64,000 nucleotides of DNA from Eledone cirrhosa. Its lineage: Eukaryota. Positions 28,541 to 43,071 of this stretch are shown one piece after another; within the stretch, counting starts at the first letter, position 1; each line of letters starts with the position of its first letter. The stretch spans positions 31,372,001 through 31,436,000 of the forward strand of contig OZ024741.1 in the NCBI GenBank assembly GCA_964016885.1, written 5' to 3'. The notes under the pieces were generated by a model. The model made no database searches. It was not told the origin of the DNA and saw nothing but the letters and a program-made list of their open reading frames with translations. The position numbers and the translations under genes were made by a program.

Positions 28541-31223
28541 AGGAGTTAGCCTCAAATAGAAATAGGAAGGAAAGGGAGCTGGAAGATAGTGTAGAAGAGG
28601 CAATTAGAAGAGGCGACGTGGCCAGAGTGCTAGCGTCGAGAACGGCCCTGGGCCAGTTCTTCGACGCGAATCACGAAGGCTGCATCGTCCGAAGCAAAAT
28701 ACGTGCTCTGGGAAACGAGGGGACCAAAGCTGTTAGATGGGCCCGCGTGACAGAAGCCAAAAGAGGGAGCAGATCCACTATCTGGTCTTTGCGAGACCAG
28801 GATGGACGGGTGATCCTTGAACCTAAGCAGATGTGCGAGGCTTTTCAAAAGCACTTTGCCGGATTGTTCGGAAGGGGCGGGGAGCCGGTTGGGGATGTGG
28901 ACTTCGGTCCATACCTCGACGGCCTGCCGCGTCTCTCGGACAGGGAGGCGAAGTCCTGCGAGGAGCCGATTTCAGCCGCTGAGATAGAGGACGTGCTGAG
29001 CCAATGCGGCAAACGCAAATCCCCAGGTCTCGATGGTCTTCTATACGAACTGTATCTAGCTATGCCGGACTTGTTCCCCGATCTCCTCGAGGCGGTCTAC
29101 TGCAATTGGCAACAGAACGGGAGAATTTCCTGTGCTGTGACCAAGGGCGTAGTCACGCTAGTGAGGAATGACGAGAACAAGGGGGACGATATAAATAATT
29201 TCAGGCCCATAACTCTGCTAAATATAGAGTTACAGATTTTGGCCAAGGTGCTAGCAAAGAGGTTGGCGCTTGTCGTGGGCAACCTGGTGGGAGATGCGCA
29301 GACATGTGCTATCCCGTCCAGGTCCATCCACGACAACCTCCACCTCATGCGATACATCATAGAGAGGGTTGGGAACGAACCCGGCTTTGGTGGGGCCCTG
29401 ATCAACTTGGATCAATCTCAGGCGTTCGATAGGGTCGACCATGGTTACCTGGATGCGGTGCTAGCGGCGGCAGGCTTCGGACCCGTTTTCAGGGGCTGGA
29501 TCAATGCCATGCACAGCAGCCGCATCTGCTCTAGGGTCAAGGTGAACGGCTACCTCTCGGAGCCGTTCGAAATCGCGCGGTCCATCCGACAAGGGTGCCC
29601 TCTCTCCTCCCTTCTGTATGTAATGACTCTAGAGCCACTGCTGCGGAAGTTGGAGTTGTTGCAGGGCATCCCGTTGGAACCGAGATTGCGGAAAGCGGTG
29701 TCGGCCTACGCCGACGAGGTAAAAGTAATGGTGTCGACGGCCTCCGAAATCGGGGCGATCGGCACCTTACTGGAGGAGTACGAAAGGTTTACAGGGGCTA
29801 AGCTGAACCGGGACAAGTCGATCGTTCTGCAACTCGGCACGTGGAGGGGCAGATCGGTGCCCTCCGATGGCGTCGTCGGGCGCTGGACGGAGGGCCCGGT
29901 GAAGTTGCTCGGGGTCTGGTTGGGACCAGACCTACAGGTGGAGAAGAACTGGGGTGAGGTAACGAACAGGGTGTTTGCACTGACCCAGAAGTGGGCCGAG
30001 TGCAAACTGTCCCTGAAAGGTCGGGCGGAGGTGGCGAACACTTATATAGTGTCCGTCATCTACTACTGCCTGACCGTTGTGCCTTGCCCAAGGGAAACGC
30101 TCGCCAAAATGGAGCGCGCACTCTTCCAATTCCTTTGGAAGAAGCGGGCTCTTATGGTGATGAGATCCATCTGCTGTCAACACCCTTCGAAAGGAGGGCT
30201 GCGGTTGCCGTGGCTAATGATACGTAAACACGCAATAAGGCTACGGCACCTCCAGGTATTCCTCACCGGTCAACCGGTGTGGGCCCCGTTTGTGAGGCGA
30301 GCCTTTCCCAGACTCGTCTCAGTCACCGAGCTGCAATCCTGGGTCAAGCAAAGACCGAGAAAACTTGGCGCCTGGCAGGCGGACCCAGCTGTCAGTGGAG
30401 AATCCACCTCGTCATTCTATAGAGGGCTGGTGGTTAGCAGGTGCGACGACGCCCTCGGAGAAGCCCTAGGCATGGAGGAAGACGAACTGGACAACCTGTT
30501 CGGTAGGACATTCAGCCCGGTACCCATGGATAACTTCCAGAGGTCCATGGCCTGGCAGTGCTACCGAGGGGCTCTGCCCGTTCGAGAAAGGCTCTACAGA
30601 CACGGGTGCCCGGGTAGAGACCCCTCGAAAAAGATCTGTCCCAGATGCGTGTGCGACGAGGAAACCGTTGCACACGCTGGGGCTATGTCGAACAACTGCT
30701 GTCAAGGGTGGGACCGATCCGGTTGACCACCGAGTCTATTGTAACGATCAAGCCGCCTCCCCTCTTCAAAAGCGAAGGAGAGGTGGTGTTTCTGTGCGTA
30801 ATAGCCATGGCGAAAGAGGTTGTATGGTGGACGCGTCTGAAAGGACTGAGGTCAGACGCCTTTCTCTCTGGCCAACAACTGGTCCGTTTCTTCCGATATC
30901 ATTTCGGAAGAAGGATCAGGATGGAGAGAGAGGTGCTGCACCCCAGCCGTTTTTATGAAAGATGGGTGAAAGTGGCGAGAATGGCCCGTGTGAATGGGCC
31001 TTCACTCTACATCAGACTAGGAGAAGGGTTGCACACTTTTTTTCGGGGGTGTGTGCGAACCCCCAAGGCGCCTCCTCCCTATTGAGGATTTTGTTACAAA
31101 ATTAATGTTGTTATATTTTATTTTATTTTGATACATTTATATCTTGTTATTGCCTCCTCCATATTGAGGACGCCTTTGCATGTAAACTCCCCCCTTTGTA
31201 ATTGTCCCACTTTTGATGCCCTG
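28541..31223 (+). mobile_element. Tx1/L1-clade non-LTR retrotransposon, 5'-truncated ORF2 (RT + C-terminal Cys region), inserted in (TATC)n
   Basis: KSPGLDGL, NFRPITLLN, LDQSQAFDRVDH, RQGCPLS, YADE (normally YADD), CPRC..ETVAH. Frameshift near 30680; A-rich 3' end. Confidence 0.95.
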
Positions 31224-31242
31224 GTGGCAAATAAAAAGAAAG

Positions 31243-31314
<72 letters not shown>

Positions 31315-31636
31315 TTATCTATCTATCTTTCTACGTATCTATCTATCTATATATATATAAATATAAATTCAGCGAGAATCGCATTTCGGCGGGTAGAAAA
31401 AGCGAAACGAAACGCAATAATCAGAATTATGCTGGCAAGCGCTCCATAGTTAAAAAACCAGAGCTAAACAATGTTAAAACGCCATACAAAACTGAAAAAG
31501 TGGTCAAGAAAGCATCAACCACCTAAGCCAAAAAGCAAATCAAGCTAAACAGGTCAAAACAAAATAAATGATAAAAAAACAGACCTGGACCCATTGAAAT
31601 TGATGGTAAAATCCAAATGCAGGGTTTCTATGACAC

Positions 31637-31699
<63 letters not shown>

Positions 31700-31879
31700 T
31701 CCTGGTAGTAATGGAGGCGAGAAATAGAATCAGTGAGCAAGAACATTGAGAAACGATATATAGGGAATAAGTACACTTATACACGAATATATGACCAATC
31801 ATCGATGGTCAAATAGATAGATCGGCTTACATACGTCATCTAAATAATATGTTGATTAGCTGCCTCGGTTTATAAACGA

Positions 31880-31952
31880 TATTTCCCCACTTGACAGACG
31901 TAAAAATAGGGGTCGACTTATATTCGGATTGGCTTATATTCCAGTATATATG
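31880..31952. mobile_element. Possible Tc1/mariner-pogo terminal remnant
   Basis: GGGGTCGACTTATATTCGGATTGGCTTATATTCCAGTATATA resembles pogo-type subterminal repeats; partner end not found. Confidence 0.35.
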
Positions 31953-32049
31953 TTGAATAAACATAATCTATTATAATCTAACATTTAAGGAGAGAAAGAA
32001 AGGCAGGAGGCGGAAGACTTATTGGAGGAAACAGATTGTCTTAGTAAAA

Positions 32050-32717
32050 ATAAAAATATATAACAGCTGGTGAAAAAGTTTAAGTATCTTGGGGCCGTGT
32101 TCACGAGTAATGGAAGACATGAGGTTGAATTAAGTGCAAGAATTGCAGGAGCTGGTGAAGTAATGCAGTAATGTGCCAGCTTCAGCATTCAGTAATCAGA
32201 AGAAGGGAGGTAGGCAGAAAGCAAAACTTGCTATCTTTAACTCGGTATTCGTGCCAACCCTTACCTATGGTCATGAATATTGGGCAATGACTGAAAGAAT
32301 ACGATCGCGAATAAATGGCAGCGAAAAATGGAGTTCCTCCGAAGGATCTTTGGAGTAACGTTATTCGATAGAGTGTATGGCTTGGAGATCTGAGAGTCAT
32401 TCCAGGTAGAACCACTGCTTCACCGAATTGAGAGATCACAGCTCAGATACTATGGGCTTGTGGTTAGAATGTCTCAGGAAATAATCACTGGACAGATTTT
32501 ATGGACAAAACCAACCGACAGGAGACCCAGGTGTAGACCCCAAACAAGATGGTTGGATAACATCCATGAGCTTGGCTGGCCTCACTTGGAGATCCAGCCG
32601 GATCAGTTGGAGACGGTTACTTCTGAAAGGGCCCGTTGGAACGAGTGTTTGAGGAATCTGCCCCCATGACCCTGTCAGGAATAAGTGGCCGAAGAAGAAG
32701 CCGAAGAAGAAGAAGGA
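32050..32717 (+). mobile_element. RTE-clade LINE 3' fragment (Expander/Rex3-like), decayed
   Basis: FKYLGAVFTSNG, VPTLTYGHEYW, IERSQLRYYGLVVRM, RPRCRPQTRWLD; GAA-repeat tail. Confidence 0.88.
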
Positions 32718-33704
32718 CATTCAATTGCTATATAAAAGCTTTAGACAAATTACGTAAAATAGTCTTAGGGACGGAAGAAATGGCCAGCGGTTGATACAGT
32801 GAATTGAATCTCTCAGATTCTGTTGTTATAATTATTTTCTGTGTTGGAATCCCCACATTTCAGATTTCAAACCATTAAAGCGTCTCAATAAATCAGAAAA
32901 ATCTATAAATATGTGAGCGATAAATAAATATAATTTGTAAATAAAATATGAATGAAGACAAAATAAAAAGTAAAAAAAGAAAAAAACACTAGAAACTAAA
33001 ATGAATGACTGAGAAATAAGAAGGAAGAGATGAAGGAAGAGATGAAGGAAGATAGGCGAATACGAAGCGAATCTGGGAAAAGTACCAGATTGGTGACTGG
33101 CGCGAATAAGACCACAAAAACTGCAATATAGTGAAAGGTAACAAAAGAATCATACCACATTGTCCTTAGACGCGTTCTGGCGTTAGGTAGCGGGGCCCGT
33201 TCGAAAAATATATCGGAATCTCTTTTTCTTGCCTTAAAAACTGGCGATGAGCCTGCGACTTGTCCTGAGAGACGTGAGATGGATCCAAAGCGATTGCGTA
33301 TCCTGAGACACCAAAAAGGTTTCTGAAGGGGGAAAACCGTAGCAATTGGAACCTAAAACATCACACTCCTTACAGGTAGGGAGCAGCAACCAGTGGATAA
33401 GGCTAGCTGCTACCGGCTAAATATAGTCAGGATTTTCCCAAGTAAATTCCGTGGCTCCGGTGCCTTTGATTTGAGTGGAGGATGGAAACTCCACGATTCA
33501 GGCGTGGTGCTAGAAATGACTGACCTTAGAATTGCCTGTCTAATTACTGTCTGACTAGCTTGTTGCAGCTGAGGGCGTCCGATTATGCATTCGAAATATC
33601 AGAGAAAAATATACTAATAATAGAAAAATTCAAATCAATATAGGTTGTTGGAATTTGTGAGCTCTGATAGGATGATCTACCTCCAGTAGATCATCCTATC
33701 AGAT

Positions 33705-33920
33705 ATGTCACCATTTTTTATGCATACGCTCCAGTACTTGGCAGCGATAATATAAAGCAGCGGAAGTTAATGGATCATTTAGAAAGATTCTGCATTTAAT
33801 TCCACATGGTGATGAAATAATTATTCTGGGTGATTTTAATGTACGTGTACCTAAAGATTGCGAGACGTGGAGCTATCCCGGGATGTATGGTTATGTGAAG
33901 CTAAAAGTAACGGCTTACCC
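33705..33920 (+). mobile_element. LINE APE-endonuclease fragment (RTE-like), decayed
   Basis: Translates to YAYAP...IIILGDFNVRV...W. Confidence 0.7.
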
Positions 33921-34444
33921 CGACAATAACATTACAGGGCGCAGCCCCTTTACCGTCGTGCCCTAGGCCCAGAGCTCAATCACTCTCTCCCTCCCACTTC
34001 TTCTGTGACATTAGAGTCCTTGTCATTCCTCCCCTTTTCCGGTTTCTTTATATTTTCCTATTTTACATTCCATTCTTCTCAATCTAAATAATCTTTTTTC
34101 TTTTCTATTAAACTGTATTTACATGATATATTCCTTAATTAAACACGATATTGACAACTTCTATCATCGTTATTTGTATCCTGGCGATTATATTTCGAAT
34201 ATTCCAATTATCCAATGCTTCATAAGTTAACCGGATATCGTATCCATATTTTCCCTGTATTTATATAAGTCTACATTGAGAACCTAGAAAATTAGATATG
34301 AAAAAAACCTTAGAAACCAGTCAAGTAAAAAAAACAAACTATTCTGTACTATACATTTAACATGGATACATTATAAATAAATACACATTACATACATTTT
34401 TCAAATCTTTACTATTTTCAATTATATATGTATATGTATATATA

Positions 34445-36760
34445 TATATGAAAATCATAGGAAAACAGAGTCAAGATAAATTAATAAAAACAATGAAATA
34501 AAAACAAAGAACAAGTTCCTTATATTAAAAAATTCATCATTTTAGATCGTTTCTAGGATGTATATGTGTGTTGGTATGTATATCATATAGATATATCTAA
34601 ACATATTACAAATTATCAGAGGAAATATACATACCTTCACACATACATGCTGTCTTCAGAAATCATGAGATTTGTTTATTGAAAAAAACCAACAAAGATT
34701 TAATATAAAAGGTCTGTTTGGGAACAGGTTTTGAATTGACCAATAGAAAAGTAGTTAGAGGACAAGTTGATAGAATAGTGGTAGTCGAAATTTAATTTAG
34801 GGGTAGAGGAGTGCAGACTTATGTTTTGAATGAAAAGAATACTTTGAATGAAAAGAATACTTTGGGGATGAAAAGAGGTCAAGCCAGTGAAGGGTACACG
34901 AAAAGTTGATGTTATTAAAGAATAATGTTAAAAACGAAGGAAAATAAAATTTTAGGGTAAGGGTATTAGTGAGAAATACCAATCTTATTTAAACCACGAG
35001 GAATCTAGATCTATAACAAGAAATTAAATTAATTGATAGGTATACTTATAAGGATACATTTATATTAATTCATATGAATGTGATAAATAAGAATTAGATG
35101 TTATTAAAGAGTGTTGTTAAAAAGCGAAGGAAAGTAAAATTTTGGGATAAGGGTAGTAGTGAGAAATACCAATCTTATATAAACTACAAGGAATCTAGAT
35201 TCATAACAGGAAATTAAATTAATTTATAGGTATACTTTTAGGTATTAATGTTAGGTATTAATGTTAGCTGTAAGAGGGAAATAAAATTATGAAGTTCTCT
35301 GTAGTAAAGTACTAATTATAGGTTAACTAAATTAAAAAAACTAATTATAATAATATAAGTGTAAGGTCCCTCTAATTCTATGATTGCAAGATATAATTAA
35401 TTCTTGTCGCTTATTTAATAGGATATCCTTAGATTTCATGATTTCAAAAAGTTCCTGGGAGCATAACCTACACTCGTATCTGCTATTTTGATAAGGGGTG
35501 GCCCTTTTGAGCTCACTCCAGGTCAGGTTGTAATCGATATTCTTCTTTCTATAATTATTAATTGTTTCAGCCAAGGATGTTGTATTAGCTAATGCGGCAT
35601 TTTAAAAACTATGTTTGTGGGTATTAAATCTTACTTTAAATTGGTTAGAGGTAGCTCCTATATATGAATAAGTGGAGTCCTTAGTGCTGGTTTTACATTT
35701 ATAGACTATGTTATTAATAAGACAATTTCCCTTTAATGGGCAATTTCTTTTGATTCTACAGTTACAACCATTCGTGAATATTATATCAGGGGAGTTAGTC
35801 AAATTTGGTGTGGAATTTACTCGACTTGTTATAGGTGAAGGAGATGGTGGTATGTTGCGGTTTATTTAAATATTATGGTTGGTTTGATGTGTTGGTGGTA
35901 TATTTGTGTTTTTTTTACATTTATATGCGTTGTATGCACTTATATTTTGTTGTATATTTTTGGTAGTGGAGTAGGACAATTTGACAGTTGATCTATTTAA
36001 AATTTGATGGTATTTATGGTTCGGCGGGAAGTTTTTCTATAGGATAGTAAACATTTTTTAGGGATATTATCTTTAATTTGTAGATTAAATGGAGCATTAT
36101 ACCAAGTAACTCGTCTATTACGGTTTCGATATTGTTTTTTTATATTTATACGATGTATCAGGATGTTTACTAAGAGAGTTACTATTAGTGAATTTATTAT
36201 ATATAGGTTTAGTTAGATTAACTGATTTAGGTGTTTTACTCTGATTATTAGGAATTTTGTTAGTAATGTTGTCAACATATATTGGAGTATTAGGATGAAT
36301 GGTTTGTTGAAAGTCATTATATTCTATGTGAGAAGAGGTAGAGAAATTAAGTTTTAGGTTGGTATTTTTGGGTATAGTATGAGTGGCATTTAGGTGTGGG
36401 TTTTCATTTGGTGTTTGTTGGTAATATTGGGTTGTATATTTGAAGTATTATTGGTGCAAGGTATATAGACTAATTTGTTTTTATGGCCGCTTCTAGCTAA
36501 AGCTTCGTTATAAAAGGGCGCGTTTTTATCGAATACATCTTGGTTAGATGAAAGGTTAGAGATTCTGAGTGAGATATTATATGCTAGGTTTTTAAGTATA
36601 GATCTAGGATGATTGGATTGTGAGTGTATGTAATGTAAGTTTTGGTTAGCTTTATGGTAAGGTTGGTAGATAAACGTAGATAGATCTAAAGTTATATTTA
36701 GAAAATTGACTACTTTGCTGGTGTTTTTGTATAAACATGTTCTAACAGTATGTATTCTCC
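34445..36760 (-). mobile_element. Penelope-like element A (Naiad-like), 5'-truncated, decayed
   Basis: VNFLNITLDL, SNHPRSILKNL, CNC..CPL.GNC...VY, YIGATSNQFKVR, CRLC..E, LLNKRQE..SCNH; ~900-bp AT-rich 3' UTR. Clade assignment is from memory of motifs. Confidence 0.88.
34539..34663 (-). ncRNA. Type I hammerhead ribozyme, ~99-nt stem II
   Basis: ATTT-CTGAAGA-[ATGTATGTGTG..GGTATGTATAT // ATATACATACC..CACACATATACAT]-GAA-ACGATCT-A-AAAT. Confidence 0.72.
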
Positions 36761-36792
36761 TTTGTAATTCTTTCATTTATATATATATATGT

Positions 36793-36845
<53 letters not shown>

Positions 36846-39690
36846 AAGATTGAAGAGTAACATGGTCGGCTGTACAGCAATAACACAGAGGTATTTACTA
36901 GAGAAAAATACGGATTCAAATCCTGTAAAAATCCACCGAATAACCCCTAGCTTGATGCCTTGGAATTCGACTTCATGAACATGGGTAGGTGGAGCCACAT
37001 TAAAAGAACGGACACATCACAACAAACTACAAAACGACATTAATGCACTACTAAAAAAAGTACGCAACTCCAACGGCATTATTGTAAAAGCGGATAAAAC
37101 AACAAACGTATACACAATGAGCCTTAATACATACAACAACTTTATACGCCGGGAACTACACAAAAAATATAAGAAAACTACAGAATCCACACTCACTAGC
37201 ATTAATAAGGAAGGACTTAGCATAGTAAAAAACCTGAAAATATCTGATAGAACCGAGCCTCTAACCCCTTGTAACCTTGTAACCTAAAGGGTCACAAAAG
37301 TAATCTCGAAACACACCCCACAATTAGATTAATATGCCCATCGATGTCGGATATAGGTAGAATAAGCAAGTATATACTAGATAGAGTAATAGCACAAATC
37401 AAGGACAAACTAGTAATTAAGCTATGGGGTAACACTAACGAAGCAATAGACTGGTTCAGCAAAATAGACAGTAGGGAAACATCCAACTTCGTACAGTTTG
37501 ACATTAGTGACTACTACTCCTCCATCTCCCCAGTCACCCTAGATAAAGCGCTAGCCTTTACCCAGAAAAACTCGGACCTAACCTCTAATGAAATTAAAAT
37601 AATACTAGCTGCTAGGAGAACTATCATTAGATTCGAAAATAGTTACTGGGAACGAAAAACAGACAGAATAGCTTCGATATCACAATGGGATCTAGCAACT
37701 CAGTGCAGGTAACAGACATAGTGGGAATATATATAGCGCACAACTTACATAAGGAATTTAATAACCTCTAGGGAGGCATTTATAGAGACGAGACACTCCT
37801 TTTAGCTAAAAACTTAAATAATCAAAACATGGAAAAATTACAGAAAAACATCAGAGTCTTCTTCAACAAACTAGGCCTAGGTATCACTTTCGAACTTAAC
37901 TCTAAAAAAGCAAAATTCTTAGATGTAACACTCAACCTAAACACAGGATTAATTGAGCCCTTCCATAAAAATAACGAGAATCTAGCCTACATTAGTTATA
38001 ACTCAAACCACCCTCGATCCATAATTAACTCCATAGCACATAGTATATCCCTCAGAATATCCCGCCTATCTTCTAACCTAGAGATGTTTAACGAACACGC
38101 AAACTATTATAACATAGCTTTACATAAGGCAGGACATAAAGAGGGGCTCGAATACATACCAGATAGAGACAGCAGCAACAAACCTAACGACAGCTACACT
38201 ACCCACACCTATAGAAATAGCAAACATAGCACTAAACATAGAATTAGACAACGAGTACCAAAAATAACTGAACCGAACTGTAAAAAATCCAGAGATAGAA
38301 AATACTTATGGTTCAATCCAATATTCAACTCCTCTATAAAAACCAAACTACCTTCTACATTCTTTAAGCTAATTGACAAACACTTCCCTAAACTACACAA
38401 ATACCATAGAATCTTTAACAGAAAAACTATCAAACTATCTTACTCTACCGCAGTCAGCATAAAATCACACATACATAAAATCAACCACAAAAGAATCTCT
38501 AAAGAAAATAACCTACCAACATACACCATAGCACCAAATACAAAACGCAAATACATAACAACATCACAACTACACACACATCAGGACGAATCACAACAGA
38601 ACATTAATAGGCCTAAATCTCAACCCATCCATATCAACATGCAAAACCGCAACGGAGAACCTGCACACAGTAAGGCCTCCAACTGTAACTGCCACCTACC
38701 GGATAAGTGCCCACTACAAAATCGATGCCTGGATTCAAGTATGGTGTACCTGTGTACTATAAATTCAGGCAACTTTACATGGCACTACATAGGTTCCACG
38801 GCTGAGGAGTTTAAAAAAAAGATCGCACGTTCACAGACACTCCATAAAGTACCCTAGACTGGAGAACTCTACAACGCTCGCCAATAAAATCTGGCAGCTT
38901 AAAAACACAAACCAAGAATATAGAATTAGCTGGACAAAATTATCGGCAGCAAGAGCATACGACAATGGAATGTCCCACTGCAGACTTTGCAATATGGAGC
39001 TATTCCATATTTTAAGGTACGATAAGATGCTGCTTAACAGCAAAATAGAAAGATCAATTTTCTGTAGGCACAATATAGCTACCAAGTTCACAAATTTCAA
39101 ACCACCGTGATTCGACCCAGCAATCCTCAAATTAGAACTGAACCACCCGGATTTTAACGTACGGAATACATACCATCACACTGCTATTAGCTGTCAACTG
39201 ACTGGTGACTAGATCATAAATCTCTTAAAATCTCTTTCACCCTCGCTCCCTGAAACCACATCAACCCCATTAAGACAAGACAATCAGAAAAAATATTTAC
39301 CACACCAACATATCAAAAACCGCCCTCACCATCCATCCTTCGCCCTTGGGTCTCATACTAGTATCTCCCAATTAATTTCTAATTTATTGCTTTTTCTTTT
39401 ATCTGGCATTTGTTACTACCTCAGATTCTCTACACGTACCTATGTATGTTTCGAATATGGCTTTTCATGTTAGCACTACAACCACCCCACCACCACTATT
39501 ATCAACTATCGTATTCTGTACTTATATGCTTTCACTTATATTTATACCTTTATATTTTTTATTATTTTTTTATTTTCTTACCTTTTTATTGTATTTTTTT
39601 TCTTACTTTTTACTTTTTACATCTGTAACTTCTTTACCATTATATTTTATTATTTATCATTATATTTATTATTGCATTATATTTTTTTAT

Positions 39691-40081
39691 TGGCAGTATC
39701 GGTAAAGGGTCGGACGCCATAATTTTCAGCATAGTTACGTCCCTTTACGATCTGATTTCAAATCCCGCCGAGGTTGACTTTGCCTTTCATCCTTACGGGG
39801 TCGATAAAATAAAGTACCAGTAATGCACTGGGTAATTGGTGGCCTTGTGCCTAAAGTAGAAACAATTATATTTTATTATTGCTGTTATAAGGGCGGTGGA
39901 TTGGCAGTATCGGTAGAGGGTCGGACGTCATGCTTTGACGCATAGAACTACGGCCCTTTCCATTCTGAGTTCAAATCCCGCCGAGGTCAACTTTGCCTTT
40001 CATCCTTACGGGGTCGATAAAATAAAGTACCAGTAATTTACTGGCTAATTGCTGGCCTTGTGCCAAAAGTAGAAACAATTA
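39691..40081 (+). mobile_element. Two tandem tRNA/Nin-like SINEs (39691-39868, 39889-40081) nested in the PLE B 3' UTR
   Basis: Both align with the family. Confidence 0.9.
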
Positions 40082-40131
40082 TTGTTTTGGTTCTACGCTA
40101 TTTCTCTATATATGTCATGTATGAATTCTTT

Positions 40132-40242
40132 GTGTTCTGAGGATTTGATCAGAGGTAAATAATGTAATATAGATAGAGTGACGCAACTTCGAGCGATTAG
40201 CGGCCTCTAGACTCACCTGATCAATGAAACAATTGTTAATAC
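40132..40242 (+). ncRNA. Type I hammerhead ribozyme, 82-nt stem II
   Basis: GTGTT-CTGAGGA-T TTGATCAG..CTGATCAA T-GAA-ACAATTGT-T-AATAC. Confidence 0.85.
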
Positions 40243-40459
40243 CTGAAATAAAGCTCCTTGTTGTACAGCCGACCTTGTTATTCTTCAATCTTTCACTATT
40301 ATTACTCCAAGTATAACCTGCATAGGAATTACCGCGAACTCGCTGCCTAACTATGGTAACATCTTGTTGAGTCAAACAAAGCCGGACGTTAAAACTATCC
40401 ACGACACAGAGTACTCACAACCTCTAACTGGATTACCTATAACGATAACTTGTTATCAC

Positions 40460-40528
<69 letters not shown>

Positions 40529-40555
40529 TATATATATACACATCTACACACACAT

Positions 40556-41165
40556 ATGGTGGCTGCCAACTCGCTTTCGAGTACGGCCACTACTTTATAT
40601 CCATGTAGGAGAATCCCTACCAATGCGCTGAATGAGTGTGACTTTTTAGTCCAGCCAGCGACTTGAAAACTCTGGTACAAACACTACACTTGTGACAATT
40701 ATTGACACATAGTGCTGGGCCCATGGTACCATGTGACGACAAGTGCAGAGAGATCTCCAGATATAAAGCAATGCCTGTGCCGTGAAGCTTTTATAGTGAG
40801 CAAAGGCATTGCACAAAGCCAGTCCCACTCTCTTAACCAAGATGAAATTTACTAAAAAGAAGAACAAGTCAACATCATTGGATACCATCAGAGATGCAGG
40901 TGTTATATCAGAGTTTTCCTTCTAGAATTCTGCCTTGACAAAGGCTAAGGGGTCATCTCTCCCGGTGATTTTGGATGGCCATTGACTCTTAAGAGCTCCT
41001 TTGCCCTTTGACAGGTTTTGTTTTTAGTCCTGCAGGATGTCCAAAGTCACCCTCCTCACCGAGAAACGTTGGTGGGTTGCCCGTTTAGTCGCCAACGACC
41101 CCCCGACCATGAAACAGGTTGTACTGGGATACATGTTACCAGTAGCACCAACTGGTGACCTGACA
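40556..41165 (-). mobile_element. Unclassified interspersed repeat, family X, longer copy
   Basis: Homologous to 24909-25309 with ~200 bp of extra 5' sequence. Confidence 0.8.
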
Positions 41166-41193
41166 TAATGTATGTATATATATATACATGCAT

Positions 41194-41279
<86 letters not shown>

Positions 41280-41367
41280 ATAATAATAAATTTGAAGACT
41301 AAAATCCAAAGAGGGCTCGATAAGGATAAATATAAATCAAATATATAAGAACCGTAGAGCAAATATT

Positions 41368-41555
41368 TATTAAAATAACAGATTAAAGTTTAAGCAAAGA
41401 ATCGCTGATTTCACCCTTAACGGGATCTTCTGGAACTTCTTAAATCGTAATTATTCTCTTGTCCTTTAAGCCCAGCGGGCGCAAACATTTCAGAAGATCA
41501 TGTTAAGGGTGAAAGCAGCGATTCTTTGCTTAAAATTTAATCTGTTATTTTAATA
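41368..41555. repeat. ~65-bp inverted repeat; spacer duplicated at 41832-41891
   Basis: Arms at 41368-41435 and 41489-41555. Confidence 0.85.
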
Positions 41556-41596
41556 TATATATATATATATACATACACATACATACATATATATAT

Positions 41597-41720
<124 letters not shown>

Positions 41721-41931
41721 GTCTGTCTGTATAACTTATCTTCCTCTAAGACCATCTGACATGTAAAAAGATGTATATGTATGTAGCACAGAATATGAAT
41801 ATATATACATCTGCCACTTTATCGTTTCCAAGGAACTTCTTAAATAGTAATTATTCTCTTGTCCTTTAAGCCCAGCGGGCGCAAACATTTCTTTTCCTAA
41901 CGATATTATTATATTATTTATATTCAACAAA

Positions 41932-41973
<42 letters not shown>

Positions 41974-42054
41974 GCACACATATATATATACATATATATA
42001 TATATATATGTACATATACATGTACAAATATATATATATATATATATAAACATG

Positions 42055-42098
<44 letters not shown>

Positions 42099-42099
42099 C

Positions 42100-42164
<65 letters not shown>

Positions 42165-42385
42165 CACATACATGCATACATATATATATATTTATACACA
42201 TATCTATGGACAAGAAGTCTTTTATAAATAAATTAAGTTTAGCATACATTCATATATCAATGTAGGGTTATTTTCAAAATACACATTATTAAGAAATTTA
42301 TGAGGAAACAAAGTCAGGTGGGGGACAATGCACTGTAATTATTGCATTGTTTATGTACCTATTTATTTCTCTCTCTTTACCCCCC

Positions 42386-42491
<106 letters not shown>

Positions 42492-42551
42492 TTGAAAAGG
42501 CTTGCTGAACTCACAAGCTGAATCCGCTTGGCGCCGCGGTCGTAATTTTGC

Positions 42552-42605
<54 letters not shown>

Positions 42606-42629
42606 CTACATATATATAGATAGATATAT

Positions 42630-42770
42630 AACAAAGAAGGTGTGGTAAGAATCCAGGTAGACCATAACGCACCAGAGTACACGGTACTTAGGGTAATAGA
42701 GTGGGTAATATGAAAAACTCGTGACCCCGACGACCGGAGCTCAGCCGTCAGGGTTCTGACTCCTTTCCTA
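42630..42770 (-). mobile_element. PLE 3'-end remnant, family shared with 47565-47673 and 59983-60225
   Basis: Reverse complement matches 60119-60222; contains GAGCTCAGCCGTC. Confidence 0.7.
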
Positions 42771-42810
42771 TATATATAATAAATGTAATATGAGTTTTTC
42801 GAATATTAAT

Positions 42811-43000
42811 AATTGTTTCTACTTTTGGCACAAGGCCAGCAATTACCCAGTGCATTACTGGTATTTTATTTTATCGACCCCGTAAGGATGAAAGGCAAAT
42901 TTAACCTCGGCGGGATTTGAACACAGAATGGCAAGGGCCGTAACTCTATGTGTCAAAGCATGGCGTCCGACCTTCTACCGACACTGCCAATCCACCGCCT
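42811..43000 (-). mobile_element. tRNA/Nin-like SINE, full length
   Basis: Aligns with the family. Confidence 0.9.
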
Positions 43001-43071
43001 TATTAATAATAACATCGAATATTAATAATAACATTCGATTCGTTTGCAATTTTGCAAACAGGCCTCAATTT

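Larger units (their letters stand above)
36841..40300 (+). mobile_element. Penelope-like element B (Naiad-like): RT + GIY-YIG remnant with inverted 3'-end copy at its 5' side
   Basis: KADKT, QFDISDYYSSI, FDITMG, IYRDE, FLDVTLNL, WFNPIFN, KLSYS, CNC..CPL..C, YIGST, CRLC. 36841-36877 is a diverged reverse complement of 40262-40298. Confidence 0.92.

Noticed and set aside
41395-41530. HHR-like CAGAAGA-TCCC..GGGT-GAAATC in the inverted repeat
   Set aside because: U4 is A in both arms and no stem I can be formed.
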